A DNA stretch of 64,000 nucleotides, from contig CAVRBU010000011.1 in assembly GCA_963719315.1 (NCBI GenBank), positions 64,001-128,000 on the forward strand, given 5' to 3'. The position numbers and the translations under genes are program-made. The stretch comes from an uncultured Planctomycetota bacterium (GTDB lineage Bacteria; Planctomycetota; Planctomycetia; Pirellulales; Lacipirellulaceae). The notes under the pieces are model-generated. The model had not been told where the DNA came from, searched no databases, and saw only the letters and a list, made by a program, of their open reading frames with translations. Of the stretch, positions 51,131 through 61,240 are shown piece after piece (position 1 is the first letter of the stretch; each line of letters opens with the position of its first letter).

Positions 51131-53227
51131 CTATTCAGCCGCTCGCCGGCTTAGCTGATCGAGCGCCGCTTCAATCGCGGCCAATCCCACCGCTGGCGCC
51201 TGGCATGCGAAATTCTGACAAATATACAACACCGGTCGCCCGTCCGGCGATTCTTTGCCGGCGAACATCTCGTCCAGATGTTGCGACCGGGCCGCCGCCG
51301 GGTCGGTCGATGCCGAGTCGCGCACGGCCAACACCGTCCGCGGCATGTAGCGGCCCTGAATCGCGGCGACCGCTTTTTTCATGTCGTCGCGCGCCAGCTC
51401 GCCGACGAGCACCAGCTCGTGCGCCGGCCCCAGATAGCGATCGAGCGCCAAGAGCATCTGCCCGGCCGCTGTTGGCGCCCGTTGCAAGAGAGGCAACGCC
51501 GTCGCGAGTGTCCGCTCGGCTGCATCCAAATAATCGGTGCGGCCCAACAATCGGCCCAGCCGCAGCAAGGCCGTCGCCGCGAGTGCATTGCCGCTCGGCG
51601 TGCTGCTGTCGGTGACTTCCTTCGTTCGCGCGATGAGCGGCTCATGATCGACGGCCGTGTAGAAAAATCCGCCGACCGCCGGGTCCGCGAATTCTTTGAG
51701 CACGATATCCATCAGCCGCACCGCTTCGTCGATCCATCGCTCATTGAAGCTGGCTTCGTAAAGTGTCACCAGCGCGTTGGCAAGCGACGCGTAGTCGTCC
51801 AGATACGCATACAACTTAGCGTGACCGTGGCGGCAGGTGTGCAGCAGCCGCCCATCGTCGCGTCGCATGCGCGAGCAAATAAAGCTCGCCACGCCGTCCG
51901 CCGTGCTCACGTACTCCGGCTCGCCGAGCGCCGCCCCGGCCCGAGCCATCGCGTCAATCATCAGCCCATTCCAGGCAACGATCACTTTGTCGTCCCGCCC
52001 AGGGCGGACGCGCTTTTCACGAACCTCGAACAACCGCTTCCGATCTTCGGCCAACTCGGCCGCGAGTTCGGTCGCGTCGCGATTGAGAATCTTCGCACAC
52101 TGCTCCAGCGTTTTTGGCAGGTTCAGGATGTTGCGGCCCTCGAAGTTGCCGGCGTCGCTCATATCATACACGCGGCCAAACGTCGCCCCGCGCTGTTCGC
52201 CGAGCACGGCCTCGATTTCGTCCGGCGTCCACGTGTAGAACAGGCCCTCATGCCCTTCGCTGTCGGCATCCTCCGTGCTGTAAAAGCCGCCGGCCGAATC
52301 CGTCATGTCGCGAATAATGTAACCCAGTGTTTCCCGCACGATGCGGGCATATTTCTCGTCGCGCGTGACAAGATACGCATCAACATACGCCCCTGTCAGC
52401 AGCGCGTTGTCGTACAGCATTTTCTCAAAGTGCGGTACCAGCCATTGGGCATCGACTGAATAGCGGGCAAAGCCGCCGCCCAAGTGATCGTAAATCCCTC
52501 CCGCCGCCATGCGGTCGAGCGTCAGCCGCACCATATCCAGCGGCCCCTGCCGGCCGCTGCGATGAGCCACGCGCACGAGGAGCTGCAAATCCATTGGGTG
52601 CGGGAATTTTGGTGCTTGGCCGAAACCGCCGTAGGTGCTGTCGAACGCCCTTCGCAACTGGCCGATGGCCGCGTCGATGAGATCATGGTTTAGTGCATCC
52701 GTAGCAAATTCGCCGTGGCCGTCGACGCCAATGTTTTGCAGTTCGGCCGTCAGTTGGTCTGCCGCGGTGACCGCCGCCTCGCGGCGATTCTTCCAGGCGT
52801 CGATCACCGCGGCCAGAATCTGGTCGAAGCTTGGCATCCCGCGCGAACTGTGCGGCGGCCAATACGTGCCGCCATAAAACGGCTTCAACTCCGGCGTCAG
52901 AAACACGCTCATCGGCCAACCGCCGTGGCCCGTGAGCATCTGCACCGCGTTCATATAAATCTGATCGAGGTCCGGCCGCTCCTCGCGATCCACCTTGATC
53001 GGCACGAAGTTCTCATTCAGCACGCGGGCAATCGCTTCATTCTCGAAACTCTCATGCTCCATCACATGGCACCAGTGGCAGGCCGAATACCCAATCGAAA
53101 GAAAAATTGGCTTCCCCTCCAGTCGCGACTTCTCAATCGCTTCCGTGCCCCAAGGAAACCAATCCACCGGATTGTTCTGGTGCTGAAGCAGGTACGGGCT
53201 TGATTCTTTTGCGAGTCGATTGGCCAT
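51131..53227 (-). CDS. Thioredoxin-domain protein YyaL/SSP411 (DUF255)
   Basis: [19 protein letters not shown] and [11 protein letters not shown] motifs. Confidence 0.93.
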   Translation of the reverse strand: MANRLAKESSPYLLQHQNNPVDWFPWGTEAIEKSRLEGKPIFLSIGYSACHWCHVMEHESFENEAIARVLNENFVPIKVDREERPDLDQIYMNAVQMLTGHGGWPMSVFLTPELKPFYGGTYWPPHSSRGMPSFDQILAAVIDAWKNRREAAVTAADQLTAELQNIGVDGHGEFATDALNHDLIDAAIGQLRRAFDSTYGGFGQAPKFPHPMDLQLLVRVAHRSGRQGPLDMVRLTLDRMAAGGIYDHLGGGFARYSVDAQWLVPHFEKMLYDNALLTGAYVDAYLVTRDEKYARIVRETLGYIIRDMTDSAGGFYSTEDADSEGHEGLFYTWTPDEIEAVLGEQRGATFGRVYDMSDAGNFEGRNILNLPKTLEQCAKILNRDATELAAELAEDRKRLFEVREKRVRPGRDDKVIVAWNGLMIDAMARAGAALGEPEYVSTADGVASFICSRMRRDDGRLLHTCRHGHAKLYAYLDDYASLANALVTLYEASFNERWIDEAVRLMDIVLKEFADPAVGGFFYTAVDHEPLIARTKEVTDSSTPSGNALAATALLRLGRLLGRTDYLDAAERTLATALPLLQRAPTAAGQMLLALDRYLGPAHELVLVGELARDDMKKAVAAIQGRYMPRTVLAVRDSASTDPAAARSQHLDEMFAGKESPDGRPVLYICQNFACQAPAVGLAAIEAALDQLSRRAAE

Positions 53228-53242
53228 AAAACTTCCGAAAAG

Positions 53243-53266
53243 ATAGCCGCTGGCGGAAGCCAGCGG
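53243..53266 (+). repeat. REP upstream of RAYT2
   Basis: ATAGCCGCTGGCGGAAGCCAGCGG; direct copy at 53862-53885 and inverted variant at 53827-53850. Confidence 0.85.
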
Positions 53267-53294
53267 TTGACAACTATGTAATCATCCGTACACT
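53267..53294 (+). promoter_or_regulatory. Sigma70-like promoter, leaderless, for RAYT2
   Basis: TTGACA-16 nt-TACACT-7 nt-ATG. Confidence 0.65.
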
Positions 53295-53301
53295 ATTCGC
53301 C

Positions 53302-53850
53302 ATGCCCGCTTATCTATTTACCTTTCACGCCTACCGCAGTTGGAACGCAGATCGACCACGCGGCTTCGTGCAAAAAGGCCGTGGCATTCAACCGCCAAAT
53401 ACCGCGCTTGCTAACTACTATGACCAACAAGCGAAACAAGTTCCCGTTCAATTCGAGAAGCATCAACAACAAGTCATGCTTTGGATAGCATGGGATGCTT
53501 GTTGTCGACGTGGCTGGCGTTTGCATGCCGCAAGTTTTGATCCGTCACACCTGCATATTCTAGTGAGTTGGCAGGCGGATGAAACGTGGCAAAACGTCCG
53601 AAAGAAGCTCAAGAATCTCATTGCTTGGGCTCTATCGCGAAACCTTGGCCATGAAGGACGTCGGTGGATGGTCCGTGGAGCAAGCCGTAAGCGCGTTCAG
53701 GACCGAAAACACTTCGACTATTTGGTGAGTTCCTACCTGCCCCGCCATCGCGGATTGTTTTGGCGCGAGGGAGATGCAGCGCCAACTGCGCCGTCATGGG
53801 CGCGGCTGAAAGGGCTGGGGGCAAAACCACCGTCTTCCGCCGGCGGCTAA
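53302..53850 (+). mobile_element. REP-associated tyrosine (Y1/HUH) transposase-like RAYT2
   Basis: YLFTFHAYRSW, SHLHILV (HUH), W...S...YL..Y C-terminus; flanked by GTAG REPs. Confidence 0.78.
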
Positions 53851-55061
53851 TCATTCCGCAAGTAGCCGCTGGCGGAAGCCAGCGGTTTCCCCAATATGAT
53901 GCTACTCAATTCAATCCACCCGCCGCCCAGCACGCGCTCACTTTGCTCCGCGTCATAACACACCGCCGCCTGCCCCGGCGTCACCGCAAACTGCGGCTCA
54001 TCAAATCGCACGTGCAGCCGTCCCTCTGAAAGCACCGTCATCACGCCCGGCTGTGCCGGTGCGTTGTAGCGGATTTGAGCGAAGCAGCGCCGCGGCTCGT
54101 CTATCGCATCGGCAACACACGCATGCTGCCAGTTGCAATTCGCGGCCGTCAACTCATGCCGATCGAGTTCCTTACGGTCACCAATTACGACGCGCCGCGA
54201 CTCTGGTTCGATCCGCACCACAAACTTCCGATCACCCAGCGCCACGCCGAGTCCTCTCCGTTGGCCGACTGTAAAACTTTCAATGCCATCATGTTCGCCG
54301 ACGACGGCGCCGTCGGTCGTGATTAACTCACCCGCTTCGCCCCCCGCGCCACGGCTGCGGACAAACTCGTCGTACCGCCCGCGTGTGACGAAACAAATCT
54401 CCTGGCTATCCTTCTTCTCCGCCACGCGCAGGCCCAACCCAGCCGCGATTCTACGGATCGCTGATTTCTCGAAGCCGCCCACAGGCAGCATCATCCGCGG
54501 AACCAGCTCGCGGCGAATTCCAAACAACACATACGACTGATCCTTCGCCGCATCCACGCCGCGCAGCAGCGACGCCGAGCCATGCGCATTCGATTGCAGC
54601 CGCGCGTAATGTCCTGTCGCCACGTACTCCGCCCCCACGCTATCCGCGTAATCAAACAGCTTGCCGAACTTGATCCAGTTGTTGCACTGCACACAGGGGT
54701 TCGGCGTGCGGCCAGCCGTGTACTCGGCCACGAAGTAGTCGATGATCTGCGCGAACTCGGCCTGCAGATTGAGCGCGTAGAACGGGATGCCGAGCTTGTC
54801 GGCCACGCGGCGGGCGTCCTCGGCGTCGCTGGCCGTGCAGCAGCCTTGTTTGTGGTCGAGACGAGGAACAAGCGGCGAGATGCGAGACCTTGAATTATCT
54901 CGCCCCTCGCTCCTCGCCCCTCGCTCCTCCACGCTACACACCGGCGACGCCTCCCCATGGCGCATGAAGACCCCGATCACGTCGTGGCCCTGCTCGACGA
55001 GCAGATGGGCCGCGACGCTGGAATCGACTCCGCCACTCATGGCCAGTACAACGCGGGACAT
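53847..55061 (-). CDS. mnmA: tRNA 2-thiouridylase
   Basis: AMSGGVDSS, TPNPCVQCN, ATGHY, KDQSY, DSQEICF and PGQAAV motifs. Confidence 0.96.
   Translation of the reverse strand: MSRVVLAMSGGVDSSVAAHLLVEQGHDVIGVFMRHGEASPVCSVEERGARSEGRDNSRSRISPLVPRLDHKQGCCTASDAEDARRVADKLGIPFYALNLQAEFAQIIDYFVAEYTAGRTPNPCVQCNNWIKFGKLFDYADSVGAEYVATGHYARLQSNAHGSASLLRGVDAAKDQSYVLFGIRRELVPRMMLPVGGFEKSAIRRIAAGLGLRVAEKKDSQEICFVTRGRYDEFVRSRGAGGEAGELITTDGAVVGEHDGIESFTVGQRRGLGVALGDRKFVVRIEPESRRVVIGDRKELDRHELTAANCNWQHACVADAIDEPRRCFAQIRYNAPAQPGVMTVLSEGRLHVRFDEPQFAVTPGQAAVCYDAEQSERVLGGGWIELSSIILGKPLASASGYLRND
53862..53885 (+). repeat. GTAG REP downstream of RAYT2
   Basis: GTAGCCGCTGGCGGAAGCCAGCGG. Confidence 0.85.
54858..54929. 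repeat. Heptamer inverted-repeat hairpin in frame inside mnmA
   Basis: GAGACGAGGAACAAGCGGCGAGATGCGAGA ... TCTCGCCCCTCGCTCCTCGCCCCTCGCTCCTC. Confidence 0.7.
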
Positions 55062-55146
55062 ACTGCGAGTCTAGACCCGCGCCTAACGAGCGACAAGGAT
55101 GCCCCTCGTCGCGGCAGCACTCGGCCAGTATAATTCGCCGCAGCAC

Positions 55147-55212
55147 GTAGGTCAGGCTTCAGCCTGACAGAACTAACCAGATCACAGCTTGTCAGGCTGA
55201 AGCCTGATCTAC
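55147..55212. repeat. GTAG REP doublet in the prfB leader
   Basis: GTAGGTCAGGCTTCAGCCTGAC ... GTCAGGCTGAAGCCTGATCTAC. Confidence 0.9.
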
Positions 55213-55221
55213 GGGAACATC

Positions 55222-56337
55222 ATGGAAAAAGAATACGTCGATCGCGCCAAGGCCATCCGCGAGGGCATCCTCCAACTCCGAGACTCTCTTTGACTGGGAC
55301 GCCAAACGCGCTCGAATTCAAGAGATCGACGCCCAGATGGCTGCGCCCGATTTTTGGAACAACCAGGAACGGGCCCAAGCAATCGTCGAAGAACGGAAGT
55401 CGCTCTCTTCCGTCTTCACGCCGCTCGATAACGCCGTGAAGTCGAGCGACGATCTGGCCGCCATGATGGAAATGGCGACCGAGGACGAATCGTTCGCGGC
55501 CGAAGTACCGGCCGAAGTCGCCCGCCTGGAAGAGGTCGTCGAAAAGCTCAAGCTCAAGGCGCTGCTCAACGGCCGGCACGATGCGCTCGGCGCGATCATG
55601 TCGATCAACGCCCGGGACGGCGGCACCGACGCCAACGACTGGGCCGAGATGCTGCTCCGCATGTACATGCAATGGGCCCAGAAAAACGGCTACTCGATCG
55701 AGTTGCTTGAGCGACAAGACAGCGAGCAGGCCGGCATCAGCCACGCCGCGATCGCCATTCGCGGTCCGATGGCCTACGGATACTTGCGCGGCGAGACCGG
55801 CATGCACCGCCTTGTGCGAATCAGCCCGTTCAACGCCGAAGGTAAACGGCAAACTAGCTTCGCGGCGGTCGACGTATCGCCGGAGATCCCCGATTCAGCC
55901 GAGGTCGAGATCGACCCGGAGGAAGTACGCGAGGACGTCTTCCGCGCGAGCGGCGCCGGCGGCCAGCACGTCAACAAGACCTCCAGCGCGATTCGCCTCA
56001 CGCACTTGCCGACGAATATCGTCGTGCAGTGCCAGAGCGAGCGGTCGCAGCACAAAAATCGGGCCACGGCCTGGAAGATGCTTCGCGCGCGAATCGCGCG
56101 GGCCGAGGAAGAAAAACGCGAAGCGGCCGAGGCGGTGAAGTACCAGCAGCAAGCCAAAGTCGGCTTCGGCTCGCAGATCCGCAACTACTTCCTGCACCCC
56201 GACCAACGCGTGAAAGACGCCCGCACGAAGTACCAGCAAGGCAATTTTCACAACGTCTTGGACGGCGACATCCAGGGCTTTTTAGACGCCGTCCTCCGCT
56301 GCGCGCGGGGCAGCCGGTCGCGGATGATGATGAGTAA
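55222..56337 (+). CDS. prfB: Peptide chain release factor 2 with programmed +1 frameshift
   Basis: 23-codon first ORF ending CTT TGA C (55288-55294); SPF and GGQ motifs; probable extra sequencing indel near 56300. Confidence 0.95.
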
Positions 56338-56357
56338 GCGCTCGGTCCAATTCGGGT

Positions 56358-57167
56358 TTACGACGCCTTCTTCACCGGCGTATCCTTCCCTGTATCGTGA
56401 TCGTGAAAATACGGCTCGCGCACGCGCGTGCCCACGAGCGGCTTGAGTTCCCGGACCCAAATGTTGCGATATCGCACGGGGTTCCCGTGGTTTTGCAAGT
56501 GGATCGGCTCTTTGCCGTGCTTCTCGTAATGGGGCGACTTGTTAAACGGCGTGATTCCCTCCAGGGCGAAGTGATTGAGCGTCAGCACACCGTTGTGGAG
56601 CACCGTGATGTACGCCGGCGACTCCAGTCCGCCATCGTCTTTGAACTTCGGCGCGTTCCAGACGATGTCGTACGTGTTCCACTCGCCGGGCGGCCGCATG
56701 ACATTGACCATCGGCGGCTGTTGCTTGTAGACCGCGCTCGCCTGCCCGTCGAAGTACGTTTTGTTGTCGTACGAATCGAGCACCTGCAACTCGTAACGGT
56801 CCATCAGAAACACGCCGCTGTTGCCGCGCCCCTGGCTGGTGCCCTCGGCCGGCACTGGGGCCGACCATTCCACATGCAGTTGGCAATCGCCGAATTTCTG
56901 CTTCGTCGTGATGTCCGTGTCCTTCACGATCGCCACGCCGTCCTTCACGATCCACTTATCACCATTTTCCCAAGCGGAAAGATCCTTGCCATCGAACAAC
57001 ACGATCGCATCCGACGGCGGGTCTGCGTCCGTCTTGCCCGGCGTAACGATCGGCGGCTCCGGCCACTTGATGCCGCTCAAGTATTCGCCTTGGGCCAAAC
57101 AGTCCGTCGTGGCGATCATCGCCCCAGCCATCATCAGTGTCGTTGCAAAAAATTGTTTGAGTGTCAT
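56358..57167 (-). CDS. DUF1080 (3-keto-disaccharide hydrolase family) protein
   Basis: LFDGKDLSAW, GNSGVF, GEWNTY and LQNHG..VRYRNIW motifs. Confidence 0.92.
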   Translation of the reverse strand: MTLKQFFATTLMMAGAMIATTDCLAQGEYLSGIKWPEPPIVTPGKTDADPPSDAIVLFDGKDLSAWENGDKWIVKDGVAIVKDTDITTKQKFGDCQLHVEWSAPVPAEGTSQGRGNSGVFLMDRYELQVLDSYDNKTYFDGQASAVYKQQPPMVNVMRPPGEWNTYDIVWNAPKFKDDGGLESPAYITVLHNGVLTLNHFALEGITPFNKSPHYEKHGKEPIHLQNHGNPVRYRNIWVRELKPLVGTRVREPYFHDHDTGKDTPVKKAS

Positions 57168-57293
57168 CGATGTACCTCGGTGCGGAAAAAAATGCAAATC
57201 TCGGGATTGAAATCAGTTTTTGTGAACAGGAGGAACGCCTGAGCTAGATGATTATGAGTTGGGGCGCGGCGGCGGGCAACTGACTCCCCACGC

Positions 57294-57358
57294 GTAGCGG
57301 AATTCGCAATAATTCCGCTTCTGAGAGTTAAGGACTGAAGTCTTGCGACTTCAGCTAC
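57294..57358. repeat. GTAG REP doublet
   Basis: GTAGCGGAATTCGCAATAATTCCG ... CTGAAGTCTTGCGACTTCAGCTAC. Confidence 0.8.
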
Positions 57359-57451
57359 ATTTTAAATCTTGCTCGCCTGCCGATTTTGGGCGAAAATGGC
57401 CCAACTTTCGACACGGCATGTCCACATTCAAGCCTTTGGATCGAACTCGCG

Positions 57452-58186
57452 ATGTTTTCCGACCAGATTGAAAAGATGAAGAGCGAGTACACGGACAAGT
57501 TCGTCGTCGTCGACGGAACGCGGCCAGAACTGGCCCGGTTCCGCGATCTGGTCGGCAGGGTGAAGACCGTGAATATGAGCGGCCGCGCCCTGGTCGAGTT
57601 CGACGATTATCACCTCAACATCGGCTGGTACGACATAGCCCCCGAGTTCCTGAAGGTCGTCGATAAACCTCCGCCGAAGGCGCCAAAGCCGGAGGCCAAG
57701 AAGGCAGCGCCCAAGGCCGCTCCCGCCAAGAAACCCGCCGGCGCGGTCGCTTCGGCGACCGTGCCCGCTCCGGCCAAATCCGGCAAACTCTCCGTTGCTG
57801 AAATGCTCGCCGCCGCCCGTGCTGGCGCAAAACCCGGCGAGCCCGCTTCAGCGGGCGGGAAACCCGCCGCTCCCGCTAAAACAAAAGCCGCTTCACCGCC
57901 CGCCGCTGCCAAACCGGCAACGAAAGTCGATCGCTCGAAAATGAGCGTCGCCGACATGCTAGCCGCCGCCCGCGCCGGCGGCGCGGCGGGAGCCGCTCCC
58001 GCGGCGTCGAAAGCGACCGCTGCGCCAGCCGCGGCGACGGAAGATGCCGAAGAAGAATGCGCACCGATCCCGGCGCCCGCAGAAAAAACCGCTGCACCCG
58101 CTGCCAAGTCGAGCGAAAAAATCGACAAGTCAAAAATGTCGATCGACGATATCGTCGCCTGGTGCCGCCAGCACGATTCCAAGTAA
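57452..58186 (+). CDS. Hypothetical protein: small beta-rich N-domain plus Ala/Pro/Lys-rich tail with helical repeats
   Basis: KLSVAEMLAAARAG, KMSVADMLAAARAG and KMSIDDIVAWCR repeats. Confidence 0.75.
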   Translation: MFSDQIEKMKSEYTDKFVVVDGTRPELARFRDLVGRVKTVNMSGRALVEFDDYHLNIGWYDIAPEFLKVVDKPPPKAPKPEAKKAAPKAAPAKKPAGAVASATVPAPAKSGKLSVAEMLAAARAGAKPGEPASAGGKPAAPAKTKAASPPAAAKPATKVDRSKMSVADMLAAARAGGAAGAAPAASKATAAPAAATEDAEEECAPIPAPAEKTAAPAAKSSEKIDKSKMSIDDIVAWCRQHDSK

Positions 58187-58231
58187 TCGTGAGTGCCATG
58201 CTCTCGCGAGGCCGCCGAGCGTGCAGGCGCT

Positions 58232-58329
58232 GGGTGCCATGCTCTCGCGAAACGCGGACATGCCCACACTCGCCAATCCGCTTTGCCGTTTCGCGTGAGC
58301 ATGTTTCGGCGAGCGAAGGCGTGCCACCC
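58232..58329. repeat. 98-bp structured repeat element, copy 2
   Basis: Colinear with 19953-20050; partial extra arm at 58191-58209. Confidence 0.85.
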
Positions 58330-58337
58330 GCCCATTA

Positions 58338-59984
58338 CTACGCGCGCGGCTTAGCGGCCGGTGCCTTGCTCTCGGGCTCCGCCGCAGCGGGGTGCTCCGC
58401 GCCATTCACTTGGCCATTGGCGACAGCCGTCGCCCCATCCTCGCCGGCCAGCTTCGCCAGGCTCGTCGGAATCTCGACACCGCCGATATCGCGCATCACT
58501 TGCAGCATCGGCGGCAGCGAGCCGGCCATCTTGTGGAGGAAGTCGGCCGTGTTCGAGCGGCCATTCGAGCCGCCGTTTTCCCACACAATGATCTTATCGA
58601 ACTTTATGTTGCTGATCGCCTTCGCGCTGCTCTCGGCCAATTTATCGAGGTGCTCCAACATCATCAATTGAAATGCCTGCTGAGCGCCGCCGCACGCTTC
58701 GACGATCTGCTTTAAGCCCTCGCCCTTCTTGGCCAGGATTTCATATTGGCCGCGGGCCTCCGCTTCCAGCTTGGCAAAGATGGCCGACGCCTCGCCTTGA
58801 GCTTCCAGCTTGCGCTTTTCCGCCTCGGCCTCGGCGTCCACCAAAATCCGCGCCTTCTGAGCCTTGGCCGGCGCTTCGAGTTTGGCCCGCTGCTCGGCCT
58901 CGACGCGTTCCGCTTCGGCGAGCGCCGCCTTGGCCATCGCCCGGTTCTGCACTTCGATAACGGCCGCTTCGGCCTCTCGCTTACGACCTTCGCCGCGCTC
59001 GTACGCCTCGGCCTTCTGCTCGAGCAACGTAGCCTGCGACTGCGCGACCCGGGCGTCGGCAATGTTTTCGCCGTCGACCGCCTTGGCATTCGCCTCGGCC
59101 ACCGCAATGCGCTTGGCCTGCTCCGCTTGCTTCACGGAGACATCGCGCTGGAATGCCGCCGTTTGCTCGCCGACCGTTTGCTCTTTTTCCAACTCGGCCA
59201 CGCGCACGGCCTGCTCCCGGCTGGCCTCGCGCGTGCCGATCTCGCGTTGCTTGGTGGCGTTGGCCACCTGCACGACCTTGTCTCGGTCGGCGCCCGCGAT
59301 GCGAATTTCGCCCTCTTTCACCTCGTCGGCCACATCCGCACGGGCCTGTTGAATGGCCTGCGACGCTGCCTTCTGGCCGATCGCGTCGATGTACCCGCTT
59401 TCGTCCTGAATATCGGTGATATTGACGTTAATCAGCACCAGGCCGATTTTCTTGAGTTCCGGCTCAACCGAATTCTGAATGTGCTGCAGGAACGTGTCGC
59501 GGTCGCGGTTGATGTCCTCGATCCGCATCGAAGCGATCACTTGGCGAAGTTGGCCGAAGATGATTTCCTCGGCCTGCTTGCGGATTTCATCCGTATTGAG
59601 ATCCAACAGGCGGATCGCGGCGTTCGTCATCACGTCCGGCTGTGTGCCGACGGCCACGGTGAACACGCTCGGCACGTTGACGCGGATGTTTTCCATCGAC
59701 AACGCCCCACGCAGCGGGATTTCGATTTGGATTGGCTCCAGGCTCAGGTAGTTGTAATCCTGGATCAGCGGCCACACGAATGCGGCCCCGCCGTGTACCG
59801 TTTTGGCCGCTTCGCCTTTGGTCGTGCGGCCGAAGATCACCAATACCTGGTTGCTGGAGCAACGCTTGTAGTTGGCCTTCAGCACGATCAGCAAGGTGAG
59901 GAACGCGATGGCGACGAAAAACGCAAGCACTGCGCCGCCAACGAGCAACGCGGGGGGGAGGTCAGCTAAAATAATGTGAGACAT
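58338..59984 (-). CDS. Flotillin/SPFH domain protein
   Basis: N-terminal TM, SPFH domain (HGGAAFVWPLIQ), EA-rich coiled coil. Confidence 0.92.
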   Translation of the reverse strand: MSHIILADLPPALLVGGAVLAFFVAIAFLTLLIVLKANYKRCSSNQVLVIFGRTTKGEAAKTVHGGAAFVWPLIQDYNYLSLEPIQIEIPLRGALSMENIRVNVPSVFTVAVGTQPDVMTNAAIRLLDLNTDEIRKQAEEIIFGQLRQVIASMRIEDINRDRDTFLQHIQNSVEPELKKIGLVLINVNITDIQDESGYIDAIGQKAASQAIQQARADVADEVKEGEIRIAGADRDKVVQVANATKQREIGTREASREQAVRVAELEKEQTVGEQTAAFQRDVSVKQAEQAKRIAVAEANAKAVDGENIADARVAQSQATLLEQKAEAYERGEGRKREAEAAVIEVQNRAMAKAALAEAERVEAEQRAKLEAPAKAQKARILVDAEAEAEKRKLEAQGEASAIFAKLEAEARGQYEILAKKGEGLKQIVEACGGAQQAFQLMMLEHLDKLAESSAKAISNIKFDKIIVWENGGSNGRSNTADFLHKMAGSLPPMLQVMRDIGGVEIPTSLAKLAGEDGATAVANGQVNGAEHPAAAEPESKAPAAKPRA

Positions 59985-60008
59985 GGTTTTTCTCCGAAGA
60001 GCCGCGAC

Positions 60009-60662
60009 CTAGCAGGCCGCCGGTTCGTTTTCGACGGTCTGCGCTACGCGGCGCACCGAGACCGTATCGCTATTCTTGATGCCGACAACTTCAACTTTTT
60101 CACCCGTCTTTAGCGGCTCGGCGTTATCGGTCACCGCTTGATATTCTACGATGCGGTTCTGCATCGAAAGCTGCACTTTGCCGGCCCCTTTGCCGGTTGC
60201 CGGGATCGGAACGTAAACGGTGGCCACGAGGCCCACCGCGTTGCCGATTCGTTCGTTGCCGGCCGAGCCCAGCCCGGCGATTAATCCTAACAACCAGTAC
60301 ATGCCGTACATTGCGAACGCCCCGGCGACGACTGCAAACAAGAGCGATGTTGTGGCCGGGAAGCCGGCATCCAGCGTCGCCAAGCCGGTCACTCCGAAAA
60401 ACGCCGCGGCTGCCACGAGCGTTTTGAACGATACGATCGCAAACAAATGCGTGCTATCCGGATGATCGGCATTGCCATGCGCGTCGCCGGCGTGATCGAC
60501 ATGAAAATCGTCGCCCACGTGCGCGTCGCCGTGGAAATCGCCGCCCAGGTGGTGGCCCATATCGGCCCCATCGTGACCCATGCCCACCAAGGCGAGCACG
60601 AACTGACACACGAGGATCGTACCACCTACCACTGCCGCAACAAGATAAATCGCACTTAACAT
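60009..60662 (-). CDS. NfeD-like membrane protein
   Basis: TM helices, His-rich loop and C-terminal OB-fold (ATVYVPIP...GKVQ); precedes flotillin. Confidence 0.82.
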   Translation of the reverse strand: MLSAIYLVAAVVGGTILVCQFVLALVGMGHDGADMGHHLGGDFHGDAHVGDDFHVDHAGDAHGNADHPDSTHLFAIVSFKTLVAAAAFFGVTGLATLDAGFPATTSLLFAVVAGAFAMYGMYWLLGLIAGLGSAGNERIGNAVGLVATVYVPIPATGKGAGKVQLSMQNRIVEYQAVTDNAEPLKTGEKVEVVGIKNSDTVSVRRVAQTVENEPAAC

Positions 60663-60827
60663 ACGAAGATTCCCCCGCGTTCATTGCCAGCGATGAGACC
60701 GCCCCGGCCGTTCATTGTAGCCGTTCGGGAGTGCCGCTGCGAAGCAGCCTGCCGTTCGCGCAGGTCACACGTATTTAAGTGCAATTCGCCTGTGGTCCCG
60801 AAATATTGGCAAAAAACGCCGTCGCCC

Positions 60828-60949
60828 GGTGGTGTCCTAATTTGCGGTACAACAAGCTTGTAGCACGGACTTTAGTCCGTGATTCTTGTACGGACTGATG
60901 TCCGTGCTACAAAGTTCCGGTTCGAACGGTGCCAAATTAGGACACCACC
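60828..60949. mobile_element. 122-bp MITE copy 3
   Basis: Perfect 17-bp TIR GGTGGTGTCCTAATTTG; flanks CGTCGCCC/CGCCGTCC (6/8). Confidence 0.92.
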
Positions 60950-61015
60950 CGCCGTCCATCCGCGGTGACGTAGACCACAGTCGCGGTTAGAATGTAAGCG
61001 TGCTAGACCAACATC

Positions 61016-61240
61016 ATGGAAATCGGGAGTGGGAACATGTCGCCCCTGTCTAGACCACCGATCGTCCCAATTGAATTCGCCGGCAAATGGATTGCCTGGG
61101 ACTTCGACGAACGACACATCATTGCAAGCGGTCGTTCATACAGAGAAGTCCGGACGGCTGCCGAGCAAACCGGCGAATGTCGGCCAGTTCTTGAAAAGGT
61201 TTCCGATGCTAAAGTGCGTTTCATTGGCGGACACCGATGA
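61016..61240 (+). CDS. DUF5678-like small protein
   Basis: EFAGKWIAW...IIASG motif; 4-nt overlap with the protease gene. Confidence 0.7.
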   Translation: MEIGSGNMSPLSRPPIVPIEFAGKWIAWDFDERHIIASGRSYREVRTAAEQTGECRPVLEKVSDAKVRFIGGHR

